DNA of 64,000 nt from positions 160,001 to 224,000 of the forward strand of contig CAVVHE010000004.1 in NCBI GenBank assembly GCA_963748015.1. The letters are read 5' to 3'. Under the pieces are notes generated by a model. It did no database searches, had not been told where the DNA came from, and worked only from the letters and a program-made list of their open reading frames with translations. Positions 1 through 8,294 of this stretch are shown one piece after another (the first letter of the stretch is position 1; the number at the start of each line of letters is the position of its first letter). Source of the DNA: Terriglobia bacterium (GTDB taxonomy: Bacteria > Acidobacteriota > Polarisedimenticolia > Polarisedimenticolales > JAIQFR01). A program made the translations under genes and the position numbers.

Positions 1-807
1 GAGGTAGCGGATCTTGGTCGCGGGATCGACGTGCCAGTGGATCCCCTTCGAGACCCGGCCCTGCACGCCGCCGACGCGGAGGAGGAGCACGTTCTTGATC
101 TCGGTGTTGGCCTCGTCCTCCTCGTAGTGGGTCAGGACCTTGAGCCGGTCGCCGACGAACTTGGTCGGCCAGTGGCACTGCTCGCAGGTCTCCCGGGCCG
201 GGCGGAGGTTGTGGACGGGCACCGGGATCGGCTTCGGATACAGGTCGAAGGTCACCGCGACGAGCTGCCACGAGCCGGAGAGCTTCGATTTCACGAACCA
301 GTTGGCCCCGGGGCCGATGTGGCAGGAGACGCACCCGACCCGGGCGTGGGGCGAGCGCTGGAAGTTGGCGTACTCGGGCTCCATGACGCTGTGGCAGGTT
401 TGCCCGCAGAACGGCGTCGAGTCCATGACCTCGATCCCCTTGTATCCCGCGACACCGAGGATCACGACGTTGAGCGTCGTCAGTCCCAGGAACAGGAGGA
501 AGCTGCCGCGGGTCCGCGGGTCGTTCAGGTCGAACACCGGCAGCGCGCGGCGGGTCTCTCCCCGATCGGCGGCCTTCCGCGCGCGGCGGCGCTCGAGCCA
601 GAGCCCCGAGGGAATCAGGACGAGCCCGAAAGCGAACAGGCCCGGGAGCACGAGGAAGCTCAGGATCCCGCCGTAGGGACCGGCCTCGACGATGCCGCTC
701 GCTTCGAACGCGAACATCGCCAGGAAGAGGATGGACGAGGCCGTGGCGAGGGTGGCCCCGACCAGGCTCATCAGGTTCCGGCTGATCGCCGCGAAGAAAC
801 TCCTCAT
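1..807 (-). CDS. NapC/NirT-family membrane-anchored multiheme cytochrome c (3' end beyond window)
   Basis: Not in ORF track. Manual translation from ATG at 807 (RBS GAGGGAG) gives MRSFFAAISRNLMSLVG..., three hydrophobic segments, then heme motifs CGQTCH, CVSCH, CEQCH. The frame is open to the window edge. Confidence 0.88.
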   Translation of the reverse strand, partial: MRSFFAAISRNLMSLVGATLATASSILFLAMFAFEASGIVEAGPYGGILSFLVLPGLFAFGLVLIPSGLWLERRRARKAADRGETRRALPVFDLNDPRTRGSFLLFLGLTTLNVVILGVAGYKGIEVMDSTPFCGQTCHSVMEPEYANFQRSPHARVGCVSCHIGPGANWFVKSKLSGSWQLVAVTFDLYPKPIPVPVHNLRPARETCEQCHWPTKFVGDRLKVLTHYEEDEANTEIKNVLLLRVGGVQGRVSKGIHWHVDPATKIRYL

Positions 808-1007
808 GGGCTCCCTCTTCCCGAGCGTCGGCGACGGGTGCCGGTCCCGGGGCGAGCATCATAACAAAGCGGGCCTCCGAAGACCCGCTCGGGAGTCCGG
901 GACGCCGGGCGAGCGCCGCTCGCCGGCGCTTGCCGCGCCGCCGCGCGTCGTGATCTAATGGCGCGCCGCGACACGCCGCGAAACCACGTCGTTTCAAGGA
1001 GAGGAAG

Positions 1008-2036
1008 ATGGCGATTCGGATCGGCATCATGGGCTTCGGCCGGATCGGCAGGAACGTGTTCCGGATCCTCTACCCGCAGGACGACATCGAGATCGTCGCC
1101 ATCGCGGACATCGCCGACCCGAAGGGGCTCGAGTACCTGCTCAAGTTCGACACCGTGCACGGACGGTTCGACGAGCCGGTCTGGGTGACGGGGGACTCGA
1201 TGTACGCCAAGGGGCGCCAGATCCGGATGCTCCAGCGCAAGGCGCCCGGGGACGTGGACTGGGGCGCCATGGGCGTCGACATCGTCATCGAGGCGACCGG
1301 TCAGTACCGGACCCGCGCCGCGCTGCAGAAGCACCTCGACACCGGCGCCAAGCGCGTGATCCTCACCGTCCCGCCCCGCGACGAGATCGACGCGCTCGTG
1401 GTCATGGGGGTGAACGAGCACGTCCTGACCCCCGCGACGCGGATCGTCAGCAACGCCTCGTGCACCGCCAATGCCCTCGCCCCGATCTGCAAGGTCCTGA
1501 ACGACGCCTTCGGGATCGAGAGGGCGTTCATGACCACCGTGCACGCCTACACGAACGACCAGCGGCTGGCGGACGTGCCGCACACGGAGCTCAGGCGCTC
1601 CCGCGCGGCGGCCGAGAACATCATCCCGGCCACCACGTGGTCGCCGCAGGCGGTCGAGAGGATCCTCCCCGAGCTCGAGGGACGGCTCGACGGCATGGCG
1701 CTCAACGTCCCCGTTCCCGACGGCTCGATCGTCGACCTCGTCGCGCTCATGAAGCGGACGGTGACCGTCGAAGAGGTCAACGAGGTGGTCAGGTCCGCGG
1801 CCGCGACCAAGTACAAGAGCATCATCGAGTACGTGGACCAGCCGATCGTCTCCTCGGACGTCATCGGCAACGCGCACTCCGCGATCTTCGACGGCCTGTC
1901 CACCCTGGTCCTCGGCGGCAACCTCCTGAAGACGATGACCTGGTACGACAACGGCTGGGGGTACGCGACGCGCGTGGTGGAGCTGGTCCTGCGCCTCGCC
2001 AAGTTCAACGATCTCGCGGCGCCGGCGGGGAGGTGA
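1008..2036 (+). CDS. gap: Type I glyceraldehyde-3-phosphate dehydrogenase paralogue, divergent active site
   Basis: GFGRIGR, NASCTAN, TTVHAYT, WYDNGWGY motifs; RBS AGGAGAGG. Confidence 0.9.
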   Translation: MAIRIGIMGFGRIGRNVFRILYPQDDIEIVAIADIADPKGLEYLLKFDTVHGRFDEPVWVTGDSMYAKGRQIRMLQRKAPGDVDWGAMGVDIVIEATGQYRTRAALQKHLDTGAKRVILTVPPRDEIDALVVMGVNEHVLTPATRIVSNASCTANALAPICKVLNDAFGIERAFMTTVHAYTNDQRLADVPHTELRRSRAAAENIIPATTWSPQAVERILPELEGRLDGMALNVPVPDGSIVDLVALMKRTVTVEEVNEVVRSAAATKYKSIIEYVDQPIVSSDVIGNAHSAIFDGLSTLVLGGNLLKTMTWYDNGWGYATRVVELVLRLAKFNDLAAPAGR

Positions 2037-3055
2037 TGGCCATGACGACGCGCAAGCCGAAGGTGGCGATCAACGGTTTCGGGCGGATCGGCCGCGCCGT
2101 GTTCCGGATCCTGAGCAAGCGGGACGACGTGGAGGTCGTGGCTATGAACGACATCACGAGCAACGACGCGCTCGCCTACCTGCTCCGCTTCGACACCGTC
2201 TACGGCCCGTACGAGGGGAAGGTGACCCTTCACGACGACCGCATGCAGGCCGGGACGCAGGACGTCCTGATGCTCGAGGAGAAGGAGCCGGCGAAGCTCC
2301 CGTGGAAGAGCCTCGGCGTGGACGTCGTCGTGGAGGCCACCGGCAGGTTCAGGAAGCGCGAGCAGATCGCGCAGCATCTCGAAGGCGGCGCCAAGCGCGT
2401 GATCCTCACGGTCCCGTCGAAGGACGAGATCGACGCGACGGTCGTCATCGGCGTGAACGACGGGGACCTCAAGCCCGAGCACCGGATCATCTCGAACGCC
2501 TCGTGCACCACCAACTGCCTTGCCCCTGTCGCGAAGGTACTGCAGGACAAGTTCGGGATCGTGAAGGGTTACATCACGACCGTCCACGCCTACACGAACG
2601 ACCAGCGCCTCGCCGACGTCCCGCACAGCGACCTCCGGCGCTCCCGCGCCGCCGCGGAGAACATCATCCCGACCACCACGGGCGCCGCCCGGGCGGTGGG
2701 GAAGGTCCTCCCGGCGCTCAAGGGGAAGCTGGACGGGATCGCGATGCGCGTTCCGGTCCCCGACGGCTCCACCGTGGATCTCGTGGCCGAGCTCGAGCGC
2801 GAGGCCACCGTCGAGTCGCTGAACGCGGCGATGAAGGCCGCCTCGGAGACGGCGCCGCTCAAGGGGATCCTCGAGTACACCGAGGAGCCGATCGTCTCCT
2901 CGGACATCATCCAGAACGGCTCGTCGGCGATCTTCGACGCCAAGTGCACCCGCGTCCTCGGCGGCAACTTCGTCAAGGTGATCGCCTGGTACGACAACGA
3001 GTGGGGATACAGCTGCCGCGTCGTGGATCTGATCCACAAGCTCGCGGCGCTGTAG
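2036..3055 (+). CDS. gap: Type I glyceraldehyde-3-phosphate dehydrogenase, canonical
   Basis: INGFGRIGR, NASCTTNCLAP, IIPTTTGAA, RVP, WYDNEWGY; ATG overlaps the upstream stop (TGATG). Confidence 0.96.
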   Translation: MAMTTRKPKVAINGFGRIGRAVFRILSKRDDVEVVAMNDITSNDALAYLLRFDTVYGPYEGKVTLHDDRMQAGTQDVLMLEEKEPAKLPWKSLGVDVVVEATGRFRKREQIAQHLEGGAKRVILTVPSKDEIDATVVIGVNDGDLKPEHRIISNASCTTNCLAPVAKVLQDKFGIVKGYITTVHAYTNDQRLADVPHSDLRRSRAAAENIIPTTTGAARAVGKVLPALKGKLDGIAMRVPVPDGSTVDLVAELEREATVESLNAAMKAASETAPLKGILEYTEEPIVSSDIIQNGSSAIFDAKCTRVLGGNFVKVIAWYDNEWGYSCRVVDLIHKLAAL

Positions 3056-3110
3056 CGGCTACCGTTCCCGGCGCGGGCCGTTCCTCGAACGGCGATACGA
3101 ACCGGAAGCC

Positions 3111-3195
3111 CGCCGGACGGGCCGGATCGGAGTGGGTTCGGAGACGGCCCTTTTCCGGGCCGGCGAGAACGCACTCCGATCCGGCCCGTCCGGCG
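3111..3195. repeat. Long intergenic hairpin (24-bp perfect arms) between convergent gap and proS
   Basis: CGCCGGACGGGCCGGATCGGAGTG (3111-3134) is the reverse complement of 3172-3195; inner stem CGGCCC-TTTTCC-GGGCCG. Confidence 0.85.
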
Positions 3196-3206
3196 CACCA
3201 ACCGGG

Positions 3207-4688
3207 TCAGTAGGCCTTCGCGAAGTGCACCCGCCGGGGGGAGGGCTCCCCGCAGCGGACGCACACGCCCTTCTCCCCGGGCTGGCCGAACGCGAGGCAG
3301 CGGACCGTCGCCTTCGTCTCTTCCTGGATCGCGGTCTCGCACTCCGCGCTCCCGCACCAGTGGGACAGCAGGAAGCCGCCGGGGGAGTCGATCTTCTCCT
3401 TGAAGGTCTCCCAGCCGTCCACCGGGAACGTCGCCGCGTCGCGGCGCGCGCGGGCCGCCTCGAACATCTCCCTCTGGACCTCCTCGAGCAGCGCGGGAAT
3501 GCGCGTCTCGAGATCGGCCATCGGCACGAAGGCCTTGGCGCGGTTCGGGCGCTTGACGGCCACGACCGATCCCTTCTCGAGGTCCTTCGGCCCCAGCTCG
3601 ATCCGCAAGGGGACCCCGAGCATCTCCCACTCGTTGAACTTGAAGCCGGGGGAGAGGTTGTCCCGCTCGTCGAGCTTGACGGCGAGACCGGCCTTGGCCA
3701 GGCGGTCCCGCACCTCGCGCGCCGCTCCGAGGATCCGGTCCACCGGGTCGGACGCTTTCCAGATCGGCACCACCGCGACCTGGACGGGGGCGAGGCGCGG
3801 CGGTAGGACCAGGCCGTTGTCGTCGCCGTGCGCCATGACGACCGCGCCGACGAGGCGGGTCGAGACCCCCCATGAGGTGTTCCACGCGTGCTGCCAGTCG
3901 CCGGCCTCGGTCTGGAACTTGAGCTCGAACGCCTTCGCGAAATTCTGCCCGAGGTCGTGGGAAGTGCCGCACTGGAGCGCCTTGTTGTCCTGCATCAGCG
4001 CCTCGATGCAGTAGGTCTTGAGCGCCCCGGCGAACTTCTCCTTGTCGGTCTTGACCCCCTTGAGGACGGGGACCGCCATGTACTCCTCGGCGAACGTCGC
4101 GTACACGTCGAGCATCCGGAGGGTCTCCTCCTCGGCCTCCTCGTGCGTGGCGTGCGCGGTGTGCCCCTCCTGCCAGAGGAACTCGGTCGTGCGGAGGAAC
4201 AGGCGCGTTCGCATCTCCCAGCGGACGATGTTGGCCCACTGGTTGATCAGGAGGGGAAGATCCCGGTACGACTGCACCCACTTCGCGAACATCGCGTAGA
4301 TGATCGTCTCCGAGGTCGGCCGGACCACCAGCTCTTCCTCGAGGGCGCTCTCCGGGTCGGGGATGACCGTGAGCTTCCCGTCCACCTCCGCGGTCTTGAG
4401 GCGCGTGTGGGTGACGATCGCGCACTCCTTGGCGAACCCCTCGACGTGCGCGGCCTCCCTCGCCAGGAACGACTTCGGGATGAACAGGGGGAAGTAGGCG
4501 TTCTGGTGGCCGGTGTCCTTGAACATCCGGTCGAGCACGCGCTGCATGTTCTCCCAGAGCGCGTAACCGTGCGGCCGGATCACCATGCACCCCTTGACGG
4601 GAGAGTAGTCCGCAAGGCGAGCCTGCGTGACGACGTCGGTGTACCAGCGGGAGTAGTCCTCGGCGCGGGGGGTGATGAGCTTGGCCAT
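3207..4688 (-). CDS. proS: Proline--tRNA ligase (archaeal/eukaryote-like type)
   Basis: [39 protein letters not shown] motifs; C-terminal Zn-binding region ending FAKAY. Confidence 0.97.
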   Translation of the reverse strand: MAKLITPRAEDYSRWYTDVVTQARLADYSPVKGCMVIRPHGYALWENMQRVLDRMFKDTGHQNAYFPLFIPKSFLAREAAHVEGFAKECAIVTHTRLKTAEVDGKLTVIPDPESALEEELVVRPTSETIIYAMFAKWVQSYRDLPLLINQWANIVRWEMRTRLFLRTTEFLWQEGHTAHATHEEAEEETLRMLDVYATFAEEYMAVPVLKGVKTDKEKFAGALKTYCIEALMQDNKALQCGTSHDLGQNFAKAFELKFQTEAGDWQHAWNTSWGVSTRLVGAVVMAHGDDNGLVLPPRLAPVQVAVVPIWKASDPVDRILGAAREVRDRLAKAGLAVKLDERDNLSPGFKFNEWEMLGVPLRIELGPKDLEKGSVVAVKRPNRAKAFVPMADLETRIPALLEEVQREMFEAARARRDAATFPVDGWETFKEKIDSPGGFLLSHWCGSAECETAIQEETKATVRCLAFGQPGEKGVCVRCGEPSPRRVHFAKAY

Positions 4689-4726
4689 GTGGTCCTCGTT
4701 CGCGTTGCGATTCGCGCGAAGCGGGG

Positions 4727-4732
4727 ATTATA
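4727..4732 (-). promoter_or_regulatory. Putative sigma70 -10 element of proS
   Basis: Perfect TATAAT on minus strand ~40 nt upstream of the proS ATG in a GC-rich background. Confidence 0.6.
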
Positions 4733-4764
4733 CGGTCCGGCTCGCCTTCGCGGCCAGGGTAGTC

Positions 4765-4941
4765 CGCCCGAGCCGCAAGCTCACCGTCGAGTTCGAGCCT
4801 GAGCGGCCCTCTCTTCGCGCGGCCGTCTCTTCCCTGGACGGCCGCGCGAAGAGCGGAGCAAGGGGGCGCGGCGACGTTTGCCGCGCAACCCCGCAGCGTG
4901 CCGCGAAGGCCGAACTCGACGGTGAGCTTGCGGCTCGGGCG
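4765..4941 (+). repeat. Structured three-way-junction intergenic repeat, copy 1
   Basis: 31-bp perfect inverted arms (4765-4795 / 4911-4941) enclose two hairpins; core nearly identical to 47375-47477. Confidence 0.9.
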
Positions 4942-5703
4942 CTAAGGCGTGCGACGGACCTTGCCGGTCATCGGGACGAAGCGGACGGCGGTCACGGTCT
5001 CGCGCACGATCCCGCGATCCGTCTTCGTCACCACCACGAGGTCCTGCACCCCCGCGCCGAGGGGAAGCACGAGGCGGCCCCCGGGCTTGAGCTGGTCGAG
5101 GAGCGGCTGCGGGATGCGCTCCGGCGCAGCGGTGAGCATGATCGCGTCGAACGGGGCGGCCTCGGGCCAGCCGTCGTAGCCGTCGCCGATCCGGACGCGG
5201 ATGTTGCGATAGCCGAGATCGGCAAGGAGCTTCTCGGCGCGGCGTCCGAGGGGCTCGACGATCTCGATCGAGTAGACCTCTCCCACGCACTCCGCGAGGA
5301 CCGCCGCCTGGTACCCCGACCCCGTTCCCACCTCCAGCACCTTCATCGTTCGCTGCGGCCGGATCAGCTCGGTCATCAGCGCGACGATGTAGGGCTGCGA
5401 GATCGTCTGCTCGTGGCCGATCGGGAGCGGCCCGTCGTAATAGGCGATCTCGATCTCGTCCGCGGGGACGAACCGGTGGCGCGGAACGGCTCGCAGGGCG
5501 GCGAGGACGGCCGGGTCCCTCACGCCTCGCGCCGCGATCTGGGATTCGACCATCTCGAGCCGCGCGACCCGCTCGCGGTCGTCGGCGGGCGGAGGCTCCT
5601 CGCGGCCGTCTCCTCCCCCGATCGCGCATGCGGCGCCGGCGCCGGCCAGGCCGACGAGCGCCGCGAAGCTCAGCACCGCCGCTCTCCGCGCCACGGAGGC
5701 CAC
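4942..5703 (-). CDS. pcm: Protein-L-isoaspartate(D-aspartate) O-methyltransferase with N-terminal signal-like extension
   Basis: VPRHRFVP, QTISQPYIVA, VLEVGTGSGYQAA, GDGYDGW, FVPM motifs. Confidence 0.95.
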   Translation of the reverse strand: MASVARRAAVLSFAALVGLAGAGAACAIGGGDGREEPPPADDRERVARLEMVESQIAARGVRDPAVLAALRAVPRHRFVPADEIEIAYYDGPLPIGHEQTISQPYIVALMTELIRPQRTMKVLEVGTGSGYQAAVLAECVGEVYSIEIVEPLGRRAEKLLADLGYRNIRVRIGDGYDGWPEAAPFDAIMLTAAPERIPQPLLDQLKPGGRLVLPLGAGVQDLVVVTKTDRGIVRETVTAVRFVPMTGKVRRTP

Positions 5704-5848
5704 CTCCTCCTCCCCCGCATGAGCTCTCCTTCTTGCCTCGACCGTAACCGGTGCGCTCCGACCCTGTCAAGGCCACCGCCGCCGCTCTAGGCTAGAATCC
5801 GGCCGTCGTCGGTTCTCGTGAGACGGGCTCGGCCCGTGGGAGGACGGC

Positions 5849-6514
5849 ATGCGAGAGTTGTCGGTGCGGATGGCGCCGGGATACGCGGCGCGGACGGGTC
5901 TGCTTTTCCTCATCCTGGCCGCGGGTGGCTGCGGGCCCGGCCGTAGGGCGGCAGGTGAGGCGATCTTCCCGTACATCGACGCCGTCCAGGCGTCGAACTA
6001 CGATCTGATCCGGTGCCTCTACGCGGGGCCCCAGCCCCGGGGAGGGACGGCCGCGGCCGACACGGACTTCAACGCGTGGGTGGACGGCCGCCTCGCCGCC
6101 TTCGAGAAGGGCAAGACCCGCGGGCAGGTGGATCTCGAGAGCGACGGCATCACGATGGTCAAGGCATTCGGCCTGGGGACCGGCACCCTTCTGGGCATCG
6201 CGTCGGTCGAGTCGAAGGGGGGCGATCTCGAGGTCCTGACCCCCGCGACCTTCAACTACGACGAGATCGACGCGCCGAGCCTTCCCGACAAGGCAACCTT
6301 CCTCGTGGCGGTGCTGCCGCTGGGCACCGTCACCACCGTCCAGATCAAGGAGGGGTCGGGCCGGATGTCGCTCGACGTTCTCAAGAACCTGACGTTTCGC
6401 TGGACGCTCAAGCGTGTCGAGCGGAAGGGGACTTGCCGCTCCGACTGGGGAGTGGCGTCGGTCGCGGCGGTCCCCGAGTCGGCGAAGACCGTCCGCGTGG
6501 AGTGGAAGTTCTGA
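5849..6514 (+). CDS. Hypothetical lipoprotein
   Basis: Lipobox-like LILAAGGC; GGAGG RBS; TAGAAT -10 upstream. Confidence 0.7.
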   Translation: MRELSVRMAPGYAARTGLLFLILAAGGCGPGRRAAGEAIFPYIDAVQASNYDLIRCLYAGPQPRGGTAAADTDFNAWVDGRLAAFEKGKTRGQVDLESDGITMVKAFGLGTGTLLGIASVESKGGDLEVLTPATFNYDEIDAPSLPDKATFLVAVLPLGTVTTVQIKEGSGRMSLDVLKNLTFRWTLKRVERKGTCRSDWGVASVAAVPESAKTVRVEWKF

Positions 6515-6565
6515 TGGGACCGACCGACCGCCCCGCGCGGGGCATCGCCGCCGGAATGAGCGCGA

Positions 6566-8284
6566 ATGGGGCGACCCGCGCCCCGCGCCACCGGCCGGGT
6601 TGATTCGTTGCGCCGGCCGACTCGAGCCGCTCTGGCGCTGGCATCGCTGCTCGTGGCGTTTTGCCTCGCGGCGGCGGTGCTGGCGCCCTGGATCGTGGAC
6701 GCCGACCGTTTCCGCCCCCGCGTCGAGACGCGCCTCGGGGAAATCCTCGGACGCAAGGTCGCGCTCGGCCATCTGAGGCTCTCGCTCCTGACGGGACTGG
6801 CGCTGGTGGCGGAGGGAGTCCGGGTCGGAGAGCCGCCCGCCGCGGAGTCGGGCGCCGGGTTCGAGATCGCGGCAGGGCGCGTCGCGGTCCGTCCCGCGAT
6901 TCTGCCCCTCCTGCGGGGCGAGGTCGTCGTGCGGAGCGTCGCGCTCCGCGACGGCTCGTTCCGCGCCGCCGGGCGCACGCTCGCGGAGCGTCTTTCCGCA
7001 CGGGTCCGGCTCGGGCGCGCCGAGGACGGTTCGTCCCGCCTTTGGGGACGGATCGCCGGGTTGCTCCCCGCCTTCCCGGGAGCCCCGGATTTCCGGGCGG
7101 ATTTCGACGCTTCCATCGTCTCCGATCGCCTGAAGCTCGCGGCGCTCCGCGCCGAGACGGTCGCGGGAAGTCTCGAGGCCGAGGGCGAGGTCGACGGGAT
7201 CGCCACCGGACGCCTTCGCATTTCCCTTCGCGGCGAGACGGAAATCGGTCGATCGCGAGCCTCCGGCACCGTGACGGTCTCTGGGCTCGCGGCCGACCGC
7301 CCGGAGCTCGAATTCCGGGTGACCTCTCCCCTCGTGGACTTCGACGAGCTGGCCCGGCTCGCGGGAGTGCGCCGGGCGGAGCCCCCGTCCGCGGGGCTTC
7401 TCGGAGCGCTCGTGCCCGCGGCGGTCGCCGCGGAGGCGCCGCCGCGGGTGGAGTTCCTGTCGCGGTGGACCGGCGGCGGGACGATCGACGCCGCCCGCGG
7501 CCGGCTGGCGGGACTCGAGATGACCGGCCTCTCCGCTCGAGTGAAGCTGGAGCGGGGGACGGTCCGGTTCGAGGACGCGGCCTTTTCGCTCTATGGGGGC
7601 CGCCACGTCGGTTCCCTCGAGCTGGATCTCGTCTCGCGCGGCGCGCCGTTCCGGCTCGTATCCCGCCTCGAGGGGGTGGACTCGGGCCGGCTGCTCAAAG
7701 CGCTCGACGCGTCGCGCGGCGAGGTGATCCACGGCATCGCGGCGCTCGCGCTCGACATCGCGGGCGAGGCCGGTGCGGGCCCGGTCGCCGGGTCGATCCG
7801 CGGATCCGCCCGCGCCGAGCTCAAGGACGGGCGGTTCCTCTCGGTGGGAATCCTGAAGCAGGTCGCGCAGATCCTGGAGATGGCCGGAGGGCGGGGAATC
7901 GGGCGGGACGAGACGCCGTTCGACCACGTGTCCGCGTCTTTCGGCGTGCGCGACGGCCGGGCGGACACGAAGGACCTGGAGTTCCGATCCGCCGACCTCG
8001 ACCTCGACGGCGGCGGGAGCGTCGGTCTCGGCGGCTCGCTGGCTCTGGACGTGACGGCTTCGTTCTCGAGGCGGGCGAGCGCCGACCTGGTCCGCGAGAC
8101 GCCTCAGCTCAAGTTCCGCCTCGATCCGGACGGCAGGCTCACGATGCCTCTCAAGATTCGCGGGGACCTCAAGACACCGCTCGTACAACTCGACCTCGAC
8201 CGCGTGCTGCGGGAGGGGCTCGAGCGCTCGGCCCGGGATCGCGGCCGCAAGGGGCTACTGAGGCGGCTGCTCGGCGGGGAATGA
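6566..8284 (+). CDS. AsmA-family protein
   Basis: N-terminal TM then 'RFRPRVETRLGEILGRKV'; LYGG motif; C-terminal 'PLKIRGDLKTP' AsmA-like end. Start uncertain. Confidence 0.85.
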   Translation: MGRPAPRATGRVDSLRRPTRAALALASLLVAFCLAAAVLAPWIVDADRFRPRVETRLGEILGRKVALGHLRLSLLTGLALVAEGVRVGEPPAAESGAGFEIAAGRVAVRPAILPLLRGEVVVRSVALRDGSFRAAGRTLAERLSARVRLGRAEDGSSRLWGRIAGLLPAFPGAPDFRADFDASIVSDRLKLAALRAETVAGSLEAEGEVDGIATGRLRISLRGETEIGRSRASGTVTVSGLAADRPELEFRVTSPLVDFDELARLAGVRRAEPPSAGLLGALVPAAVAAEAPPRVEFLSRWTGGGTIDAARGRLAGLEMTGLSARVKLERGTVRFEDAAFSLYGGRHVGSLELDLVSRGAPFRLVSRLEGVDSGRLLKALDASRGEVIHGIAALALDIAGEAGAGPVAGSIRGSARAELKDGRFLSVGILKQVAQILEMAGGRGIGRDETPFDHVSASFGVRDGRADTKDLEFRSADLDLDGGGSVGLGGSLALDVTASFSRRASADLVRETPQLKFRLDPDGRLTMPLKIRGDLKTPLVQLDLDRVLREGLERSARDRGRKGLLRRLLGGE

Positions 8285-8294
8285 CGGGGTGCGC

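Noticed and set aside
4765..4941. Three-way-junction repeat as hammerhead ribozyme, tRNA, integron attC or CRISPR repeat
   Set aside because: No CUGANGA/GAAA core, no cloverleaf or TTC arm, no RYYYAAC/GTTRRRY ends; copies are dispersed, with no spacers or cas genes.
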